Shown: piece after piece, positions 53,862 through 64,000 of the stretch
Layout of the letters: every line of letters begins with the position of its first letter
Numbering within the stretch: position 1 is the stretch's first letter
Source: Yuukianura sp. NJ FZ-2021
Taxonomy: Eukaryota
DNA: 64,000 nucleotides
Assembly (NCBI GenBank): GCA_046563655.1
Contig: CM102284.1
Location: 6,448,001 to 6,512,000, forward strand
Reading direction: 5' to 3'
Made by a program: the position numbers and the translations under genes
Notes under the pieces: model-generated
What the model was told of the DNA's origin: nothing
Databases searched by the model: none
The model's input: only the letters and a program-made list of their open reading frames with translations

Positions 53862-55139
53862 CACTTTTGTATCGGTACAGGGCACTAAACTGTGAGGTCA
53901 CGCCATTTTAACTCCGAAAACGAATGTCTCACGAGTAGAAGAATCTCTTATCCTTAAAAAACAAAACAAAAATAAGGAATTCCTTTAGCTTACTAAACCA
54001 AATACAAAAAGTAATCACATCATTATGTACTTTCAATCGGAATTTAGTAGCTTATTGATTTCCTTTCAAAACTAGGTACTTAGCTTACAGGGTTGGTTTG
54101 GTGGCAGTAAACAATTCAACGCTTAATCGTTCAACAGTTAAACACATTTGATTGATGAGACGATGAGAGGTACTTCCACCACCACAGAGCGACACAACTT
54201 CGACGATTTCTCGTAGTCGGACGGAGTCCGATATGTTCGTCTTCGGTATTGGTTGTTCTTGTTCCGTTTCTAAAACCAACGAAATTAGGAAAATCACACC
54301 TAAGTACGAGCAAACAGCAAATCCACGAAACCAAATTACTTGAGTAATTAGCACTTCTTACCTCATAAATTTAATTAAACCAGATACAGAGGGAAAACAA
54401 ACAAATTGAAACTGAACTGAAGAGAAAAACAACCACCAACACACAAATTCCGATAGTAAGCACTCAAAACGCTATGCTATATGGACTATGGACTGTACAA
54501 TACGCAAGGAAAGTCGGTTTCGGGGTTAACGGTTGAGGGCAGATGCCAAGTCCTACAATGTACCCATCATGTCGACTTCAGTGGGCGTTATTTAAAACTT
54601 CACCGAATAAAATGTGCCTAAATACCACTGTCCTTGCTTTTAAAAGAAATCTATCGTACACTTTGGATTAAATGCACTCTACACTACACCCTACGATGTT
54701 GAATTTAACAAGGGAAGGGGTAGCAAAGGCACTGAGTCGATTATGTTTACACTACATCTGAATTGCCCTTACTGCAACCAGGTCGGTGTAATGCCAAAGT
54801 CAGAGTTTGTTGACTTTGCCAAATGCCGCCTCGCGGCAGTGCTGCCAATTTTCACGATTTTTGGCTTGGCTTTGTCGCTTCCGGCTAAAAGTTTGGACTG
54901 ACTGGAGGGAGCAACCAATTAATTCCAGAGTATGAATTTAAAAGTTTGCATAAAAAATCAAAATCACCTTGACAACCAGGCTTTCTCTCTGGGAAACACA
55001 AATAAACAAGCTTGATCAATCAACCAAAAGCGCGAGCGATGATGACAGGTAAAGAGCAAACTGCAACCAACCTGGAAGGTCAAAGTGAAAAACTTTAGCG
55101 TGGAGCGGCATTGCATTGCTCAGTGACATAACTGTTCAA

Positions 55140-55726
55140 ATGGCGACATCACCCAAAAAACAATCGAAGGCGAAGACAACAGTAGACGCTGAAATTCAAA
55201 CAGAGCTACATCCACTTCCGTCAAACATTGTCGAAGGCTACAGCTGGAACGAATGGGACTTCAGACGAAGGGCACTCATTTTGGTAAGTTATGCAGGCAA
55301 GCCATTCGTCATATCCACCATGTATCTAGTAAAAGTAATTCTAATTGGTCATTAATTTTTCAGCATGATGTTCATAAATCAGTGACGCGCTCATCACAAA
55401 CGGCTATCCAAAGTATCAGTACTTCCGAAGGGACTCAAACTTACCCTGCCAGAAATCGTCGTGTTCAAACTACCCGTTCTGTCTACACCGAAGCCCCACG
55501 AAATCAGTTTTACTTCTTTGGTCTCCGGGGTTATCACTGTAACTTCCTTGGTCCACAACCACCACACATCGTCGAATTGACCCGAGAACCGGTCATGGAC
55601 TTCACAAAGGTCAAGTACCCTAGTCCAAAGCCACTCCTTCCGCTCGACGCCCTTTCAGCACCACCACCGGCAGAACCAGTACGTGTCCAAAAGAGAACTT
55701 CTTCCAACCAATTGAAAAAGCTGTAA
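55140..55726 (+). CDS. Short (~168 aa) protein resembling only the CFAP206 C-terminal region (exons 55140-55283, 55364-55726)
   Basis: DAEIQTELHPLPSNIVEGYSWNEWDFRRRAL, multiple xQT motifs and YFFGLRG recall the CFAP206/C6orf165 tail (recalled, not searched). Confidence 0.65.
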
Positions 55727-56175
55727 TTAAAAAACAAACAGTAAATACACATTCAAATGTAAAACAATACTTAAATATATACTCCAACAATAAAAAATAT
55801 ACAAACATTCAACTCCATGAGGTCTGAAATGTCAAGGTCAGTTATTGGCCAACTCCTGATTTAGTCATTATCATTTTTCATGTCCGTAAGCCGTGCTACA
55901 GCGTCCACACCGACCTGCAATGTTGTCACTTCGGATTTCAGGAATTCTGAATCATCTGTCTAAAACTGATAAGATAAAATTGCACTTTTGCATTTGATTT
56001 GATCCATTTCTTTCATTCTTTCGCGAAAAATTTACAGTTATTTTGCAAAAAATTGCGTTCTAGTTGCCAAAATTCACACCTTATTTGAGTAGTTGACTGG
56101 GATCCACTTGAGCTAAAGAGGAAATCAAGTTAATCAAGTTCATTGTCACTTTACTACAAACAAAAATCAAGAAAA

Positions 56176-57832
56176 ATGTCACACCAGACAGGAATCGAAG
56201 GTAAGTCAATGACATTAATCGACCGGTAACGGTTCCTGGCACATAAAATTATGTAAATTGTATTTTAAAGTCAATTAATCTGTTTTACTACTTTCTTTTA
56301 GCAAATGAAGAACTACGATCGTTCTTTGGCACATGCAGAGACGGAAGTATACGACTAATTAAAATTAGTATTGAAAATGGTATGTTCAACTAAATTTAAA
56401 TTCCTCCGTACAATCTGTAATCTATATTGGATTTTGCTCACTTAAGTTTATATTTCTGCAGAAGAGTTAACACTATCGAGTAAATTGGAACCGAAGAACG
56501 ATAAATGGGAAGACGATTATGAAGAACACCTTGGAGGTGTGCTGGAAGAATCTCAACCGTGCTACGTACTGTTTCGGTAAGCTACTTTATGCAGTTTCAT
56601 TGATCGATTACTCTTCTGTTAAGAAAAAACGACTGACTATCGTTTTCATCGATTTAGACTGGATTCGAAAACGAACAGTGGATATGAATGGCTACTATTC
56701 ACGTGGTCACCCGATAGTAGTCCAATTCGACAGAAAATGCTCTACGCATCAACCAAAGCAACACTCAAAAAAGAATTTGGTGCTGGACAAATCAAGGAAG
56801 AAGTGTTCGCTACAACAAAAGTAAACTGGAACGTTAAAAGTCTGACCACTAAAAATCCGTCCAATGCTAATGTCAATGCCACGTTGATTTTCAGGAAGAA
56901 ACGTCTTGGACAGGGTACTTGAAGCATAAGCGAAATCGTGACGCTCCAGCTCCTCTCACCATGTCAGAGGAAGAGAGGGCTGAAATCAAACGGAACGAAG
57001 TGAACTCTGACATTGGGGTTGACACAAGACACAAAACACTACAAGGCCTGGCCTTCCCTCTCACGAGTAAGAATTTTAGACTTTAGAAAATTTGAAATTT
57101 TGAAAAGAGTTTCACCCCATGCTGCTTTTATAGCCAAAGCAATTGATGCCCTTACAAAATTTAAAGCGAAACAAATCAACTACGTACAACTCAAAATTGG
57201 TAAGCCACTCAAACCTCCTGCGACAACGGCATTGATCTAACGATACTGTTAATGATTTTAGAAATCGAAAAGGAATTGATAGAACTCGTAAGCACAACTG
57301 ACACTGACGCAGAAAGTCTTCGAAAGCGAATACCTGAAACGAGTGCACGATATCACATTTTCAACTTCAAGCACATGCATGACGGCAAGCACACTGAAAG
57401 CTTCGGTAAGTTCCAGACACAAAAACTAAAACGTTGAAACTTTTTCATCATTTGCAGCTTAACTCTACTTTTCAGTATTCATCTACTCAATGCCCGGATA
57501 CAACTGCAGTATCAAAGAACGAATGTTGTACTCCAGTTGCAAAGGACCACTAATTTATGCCATGGAGCACGAAATTGGGCTGGTTATGGACAAAAAGGTA
57601 AGCAATTACTCTAAAGCATTCTAAATTACCTCAGCTAAACTTTTCTTTGCTAAACTTGTTTTTACAGCTGGAAATTGACAATGGAGATGAACTTTCTGAG
57701 GATTTTCTACGCGAAGAACTGCATCCGCCAAAAGTCCAAACTACAACACAATTTGCCAAGCCTAAAGGACCTGCCAACAGAGGAGCAAAACGATTGACCA
57801 AAGCCACAAATGGAAACGGAACTGATGAATAA
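56176..57832 (+). CDS. twf: Twinfilin (two ADF-H domains), multi-exon
   Basis: [78 protein letters not shown]. Confidence 0.96.
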
Positions 57833-58028
57833 TCTCAAATCTAACGGCCAATCATGGACTAATTTATGTTATAATTCGAATAATTTTACAGTTAATTCTG
57901 TTCACTCCAGCAATCAACTAACGGTCTACCATTTTAACAAATCTTCTTAACGAATTGGAAATTGCTCAAACAACTTCCAGTTTAAGTAAACGGTCTAAAC
58001 ATTGCTAATTAAAAAGAGCTAAACCTAG

Positions 58029-59214
58029 CTAACTAACTGCAAGACTAGTTTCATTTGATGATGTTTGTGGCAGGTTACTTACGTCAACTACTGTTCCAGT
58101 AGTACTGCTTGTAGGTTTGGTAGGTTGATTAGATTCTTTCGCTTCTGACTCTGTGTTGAGAATTTCAGAATGAAATTGGTCAAGGGATACTTTGTTCTCT
58201 TCCGGCTTCCTGCTTGCTTGAAGTTGTTCTAGTTCCTTCTGCCTCCTTTCAAAAACAGCTTCACGTTGTTGGCTCAAAAGTTCATCCTGTGTAGTTCCAG
58301 CCAATGCCAACACTCCGTTAATTAAACCTCCGCCAAGTAAACCGAACATTCCTCCTATGAAAAGTTAAAAGAAAGTTAGTGTTTAGCTGCTAAACGTTTA
58401 GTCGGTTTTCAAAATGATGGAAAGTTTACCAATGACTGCTCCAGCCAGTGACAACCGTGGGCCATCTCGAAACTTGTAGATGAATCCGGCTGCTGCTCCA
58501 CCAACAGCAGGATCAAATACACTGGATTTCCCACGGTACGCAGTAAAACAGGTCGACCCAATCCTAGCATTCGAAAGACAGATTAACTTTTTTGTCACAG
58601 CAAAAGGCAAATCTTCTTCTGCTTGACTTACGAATAAACTGAACTAAACACACCAACTCTCCAACCGATTCTGCAAAAACGAAATAAAAACGTTGATTGC
58701 TTTTGCCTCGATTTAGTATTGCAGTGACTCACTTACTAACCTGAAAGCACCGGAGCCCATACCCATAAGAACCGTTTCTTGTAGCTTCGCCTTGGCTTTT
58801 GACGGACTTTCAAATGCCGTATGCATATTTGACCGGAAGAAGTTCTGGTAAGCTACTCTTGAACGACCAACGCCTCCTATGAAAGCACCAGCGAGTACAG
58901 TGAACAAGATGGTGTCGTAGCATCGCTCAAGTTCTGGTGACGATTCTCCATACATGCTACAAAGAAACCAGAATAAAAAAAGTGTCAATCGCATTGGTCC
59001 CAGTTTAAAGCTGTAAAACAATTAACATTTCTTACTCAGTTTCGAATATCTTCTTAACGCGTTCCCAACCTGTAAGATTTTCGTCATCTTTTTTCTTCGT
59101 AGTATGTATTTTGTAAATATACAATTTAGCAGTCTCCACCGGTACATCAGGATTAGGATTAGAATCTTTACTTCCGAAGAGAGAACTTAGCCACTTGTTG
59201 CTTTCCGTCCCCAT
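58029..59214 (-). CDS. TIMMDC1: TIMMDC1/C3orf1 (RPII140-upstream-like) complex I assembly factor, Tim17 family
   Basis: TGWERVKKIF...SPEL, GAFIGG...AYQNFFRSN..TAFES...AKAKLQ, GAFRIGWRVG, AYRGK, GGAAAGFIYK, Gly-rich TM segments. Confidence 0.85.
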
Positions 59215-59795
59215 ATTGCCAATGTCGGTTCACTACTTAATTAACACAACTCGTTATACAGAAACTCGTTAGACTAAAGTAATTAATTGTTGGACTAATT
59301 AGACTTAAGAAACGGATAAACGACGAACGAGGACACCGAATCTTTATTTTAACTTATTTTTTTCAATTTTCAAACTGAATTTAAAACTGATTTTAAAATT
59401 CGCGGTGTGCTTTCAAGCCTACCGCCGCAAGGATAGTATACAGCACAACTACACAAACGGATGACAGTGTCTAACAGGAGACGATTACGTTTATGAAATT
59501 AATTACTGAATTTAATTACCGGGGATTTTAAACTAAGTTAATGAGATTTGTTAACTTTTTGTATCATTTTATGCTATTGGTGTGAACACAATTCTATGGG
59601 GTCACAAATGCAACGTTCCAGAACATGTGATGGTGCCGATTGAATTTGCAGCGGCAAAGTCTCAGCTGTAGCATAAAAACAATGATAAATTCCAAGCGAA
59701 GTGGCTTGGATTGATCAGTAATCATTAATTAATTTTAATCGTTTCATTTTTAGTTTTTATTGATTTAATCGTTTATGTACTAGGACTTCATCATC

Positions 59796-61132
59796 ATGGA
59801 TGATAATTCCAACGGCCCAAAAACCGGATTGAATCCATTCATAACTTCGTTGATAGTAAGGTCAATGTCTCTCACTGTCTCACTGCATTTAGTTTCGTTG
59901 ACAATTAGCAGTCTGTATTCTTATAATTGCTTTTGGTTTTAGGCTGGAAGTGGAGCTGGAACGTCTGTTGACTGTATCCTATTCCCCATAGATACCGTGA
60001 AGACTCGTCTCCAGAGCGCTTCCGGATTTTGGTCCAGTGGTGGATTTTCTGGAATTTACAGAGGAATCGGTCCAGCTTTTGTAGGATCTGCACCTTCGGG
60101 TATGATCCACTAATTCCACTGGTCTATGACATTAATCATTCCATTCTACTTCTCACCAATTTGATTTTGTTTCTATTTTAACAGCGGCTCTCTTTTTTGC
60201 CACTTATGACACCACAAAGACATTCCTTACAGAGGTCACTGGTCGGGACAACGATGCCCGTGTTCACATGACATCAGCTATCCTCGGTGAAATCGTATGA
60301 TATGAATTATTGGACCCGCTTTAAGAAGAAAACAGCGTTGTGAGATCTTATGTCGAAAATTCTATGACTTTGTTGTTGCAGGCAGCTTGTTTAGTTCGTG
60401 TTCCAGTTGAAATTGTAAAACAGCGGAGACAAGTCACAAATACCAGAAGAGTTACCGGGATCATTCAAGACATTATTAAAGGCGAGGGACCGCTGGTACG
60501 CTAATTACAAATTGATTAACACTATAATTTAATTACCGTTACCGTCGTATTTCTAGATTTATCAAAATCATTCTATTGGTTTCAGGGATTCTATCGTGGA
60601 TACTTCGGCACCATCATGCGTGAAATTCCATTTTCTATAATTCAGTTTCCTCTTTGGGAGTTTTTTAAATACGAATTGGGAAAAAGAAGAAGAGTCGTTA
60701 CTCCATTTCACTCGTCAATCTGTGGAGCCATCGCAGGTGATGAAGCACTTATTTTTTTACACTCAACAATTTCCTTAACCAATTACCAATCTAATCGCAT
60801 GGGAATATCTTTCTAAGGTGGAATTGCAGCAGCTCTGACTACTCCTCTAGACGTTGTCAAAACTAGAATCATGTTAGCAGAATCATCCTCAATTGACTCT
60901 AGTGGGAAAATACTTGTAGTAATGAGGAGAGTGTACAAAAGTCAAGGAATCCAAGGGTAAGTATTGTTTCCCAAGTCAATTACTCATCTCTACTTAGATT
61001 TACGGCTTAATTCACACTTTTGAACCATATAGGCTATTTGCCGGAGTGGTTCCGCGGACACTGTTCATTTCGTTAGGTGGTTTTATATTCTTCGGAACCT
61101 ATGAACTTATCAAGGACATTTTCCACCATTAG
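59796..61132 (+). CDS. SLC25A26: Mitochondrial S-adenosylmethionine carrier, multi-exon
   Basis: AGSGAGTSVDCILFPIDTVKTRLQS, GSAPSAALFFATYD, GEIAACLVRVPVEIVKQRRQ, REIPFSIIQFPLWE, TTPLDVVKTRIMLA, ISLGGFIFFGTYE. Confidence 0.94.
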
Positions 61133-61331
61133 CTAAAATCCAACAAAATCCTCACTGTCGTTAAAGTTTTTATGATTAGTCAATATTTTCTAGTTAATCA
61201 AAATATATCTGAGGATCTACGATCTACTGTCTACTTGCAACAAATTACTTACTAGAAATTACTTAACTTACCAACAAGAACGACGTTCATCATGTTGCCA
61301 CACGAAGTCAGCTGACCTAGAATTGTGCAGA

Positions 61332-63192
61332 TTAGATAACCGAGGGGTCTCGATAAGCTACGCAAGTCAGTGGTTTTTGATGCCCATTGTACTCTCTTTT
61401 ACATTGTCCGGTTTCAATACTCCAGAGTCGCGCGAGATTGTCAGACGATGCTGAAAACGAAAGGAAAACGTTTAATTTAGCACCTTTTAAGTTCGTTAAG
61501 TGATTCATTCAATTACCAGTGAGAAGGTATTGCGAATCTCCAGTGAAGGCAGCATCCCAAACCCACCGCTGTCCAGAGTATGACAGTTCCGTCAATTGGT
61601 TAAAAGTATTTGTCTCATAAATCTTGGCATTTTCTGAAGCAGTGGTGGCGAGTAGTCTGTTGGAATTCAAAAGTTTCAAACACTTGACTTGGGGATTGGA
61701 GGATTTAAAACTGGTCAAAAATTTTACATACTTTGAATCCGGTGAAAAATAGCATTTCAGCGCATATCGTTTGTGCACCTTCATTTTATGAAATGGATTC
61801 AGCTTCAATGGTTCCGTTTCAGTTACACCCTCTTCTAGGCTCCAAACGTAGCAATCCCCTTTGTTGTTAACTGGAAATACGAAATAAGGGAAAAACAAAA
61901 TGTGGGGCAGATTTTTAACAAGTACTTTTTAACAATGATTTTACCAATTGCGAGGTATTTCCCCAGAGGGTCGATGTCTACATGTGAAATTGCCACCGGA
62001 GAGTTTTGATCTGGAATCTGAGAAGTATTTTCAGAAAAAGTTAAAACAGAACTTCATTTCAAAAAAGGTTAAAAGTTTCACTTATCGTCACTTTACCAAT
62101 TGTTCCGTTTCGACATCGTTTCTCAAGTCCCAGCAATGAATTGTACCGCTTGCATCTGCCACTATGAGCGCAGTTTGCGAAGGATGTAAGCAGGCTGATG
62201 TGATGCTGGCAGAATGCGTTAGAAAAACTTTTTTGCACTGCGGACTTCCAGTTCTGAAAGTTAACAAAAGAAACTTTAACAGAATGAATGGATAATTAAG
62301 CTTTATTTTACTAGTGTCATTTCCTTACCGTAGATCCCATATTCTGGCATTACAGTCTTCTCCACCGGTAAACATACTGTTCCCATCTTTGTTGAAACCA
62401 AGCGTCGTGACGTTCTTGAGGATCCCTTCCAAGTTTAAAGTAGGATTCTGGGTCATTCCTTGGACGTCATAGATTCGCACATGTTGAAATCCTCCGGCAG
62501 CCACACTCTTCCGGTCGGGCGTAATTTGTAGGACATTGACTTGCTGAAAATGAAACAAATTAACTGTTTAACAGGTTTTAGTATGGTGTAACTTCTTAGC
62601 GCTGCTTCATTCGTATAGGAAATACTTGGAATTGCACTGGAGAAGTGCCAAATTCCTTCTCATTCATTCAAGATCTGCAAATGCAAGTGAAAAACATCAA
62701 TTCCTGAGGACAATACAGAAACAGTGCCAAATTTTAATGCCATCCATACTTTTTTAACTGATTCATCTGCTCATTCCTGTTCCTTGGAATTTAGGTTCTT
62801 CATTCTCTCGGAAGACGTTCGGAATTCCACTTAATTTCAGCACACGACATCGACCTACCTACTGGGGCAACACTTTCGGAGAATCTTTTTTTTTAGTAAA
62901 TGATAATCGTTTTTGAAGAAATTCAAAAAAAAACACCTACGTTAATCAAAAACTGACTTACCGAATCCGGATGCTGAAATGTCTTCAAACACAATGCAGT
63001 GCTTATATTCCACAGCTTGATTGTGTGGTCATATCCAGCTGTTGCCAGTACTGTTTCTGTTGACACCATTCCAGGCGCAACACCATTGTTGATAAAACTG
63101 GAGGATACTGGATTGTTTGCTAAGCTATTTCCTTGACTATGACCTGGAGATACTGGCAATTCCCCGTCACCGTCATCCGAATCCACACTCAT
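61332..63192 (-). CDS. MLST8: Target of rapamycin complex subunit LST8 (WD40), multi-exon
   Basis: [85 protein letters not shown]. Confidence 0.96.
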
Positions 63193-64000
63193 GTTTGATT
63201 CAATTCAACGTCGATTCAACGATTTACGTACAGTAAGTTCAAGCAACTGGAAAACACGATGAATTGAAACTCAAACTCAATGAAAACTGCCCAGGGTTTA
63301 TTGAATTACACTAATTAATTCAACTAATCAAAAATTAAACTTCAATCACCTGTTTTTAAGTGTTTGTTTTGATTTTTTTTAGTTCAAAATTGAAATTCTC
63401 CAATTCAAAAGAAAATTCCGCCAAAATGGTTCGTGCTTCCAATCGCCTCAATACCAAAGAATTTGGTTTGCAACTTGCCAAATTCTTTCTTGTTTGGATG
63501 TACATTTCTGCACGTGAATGAAAATTTGGCAAGCAGAATTTAGCGAATGACGAATCCACTCCCTGCTTTGCCTAATGTTATTATGATTGTTTTTATTTCT
63601 TCATCTGAGTCATTCAAGTGCATGAGAGAGGAGAGGTTCGAGTTTTCTCTCTTCAGTCATCAATTGGAACGCGAACAAGTTAGGTCAAATATCAAGAATT
63701 TCCTTCTGTCAATTACTAATTCGCTACGATTTTGAGTCAACGATACTCGGAGCACCAAGTAGGATAAGGTATGAGTCTTGTTTTATATCAATTTAACCCT
63801 GTAAGTTAGAAATTGCTAAGCTTTTGGTTGTTGTTTGACGTTCGTTTTTTTAGTTGCCGAAAATCATTGGAATTTGAGATGTAGTCTTATCGCTTTCTGC
63901 CGCTCCACGTTCTGGTTTTGGAAATACCAGTTGAACAGTGAACGTCTGTTCAAAGAAGAAATTTTTGCAAGTCTGAAGGAACTAAAGTCTTCGAATCAAA

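Noticed and set aside
63547-64000. Start of another plus-strand gene at the window edge
   Set aside because: Only splice-like signals (donor ~63769, acceptor ~63852) and no identifiable coding sequence inside the window.

Overview
Gene-dense eukaryotic (invertebrate, probably arthropod/pancrustacean) DNA with short GT-AG introns of about 60-100 nt, so the ORF track shows only exon fragments. I reconstructed 18 protein-coding genes by hand. Recognisable housekeeping genes: SPF45/RBM17, SNF/U1A-U2B'' (nested antisense inside SPF45 intron 1), cathepsin B, ENY2, NCBP2, a UCP5/SLC25A30-like carrier, PSME4/PA200, a syntaxin-1-like gene absent from the ORF track, DNAJC11, twinfilin, TIMMDC1, SLC25A26 and mLST8. 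Germline or cilia-associated genes: ODF3/SHIPPO-like, spindle-E/TDRD9 and a gene encoding only the C-terminal part of CFAP206. Unassigned genes: a single-pass membrane protein, a TPR-like protein, a CCCH zinc-finger protein and a BTB-BACK-9xC2H2 protein. Mobile DNA: a composite at 35.2-38.25 kb (degenerate host repeat holding a 5'-truncated RLE non-LTR retrotransposon with an 11-bp TSD and a TAA-flanked Harbinger-type MITE), a second TTA-flanked MITE at 48.25-49.28 kb, and a ~220-bp repeat present twice. No tRNA, rRNA or CRISPR array seen. Gene names come from recalled motifs, not database searches, and exon coordinates are manual.
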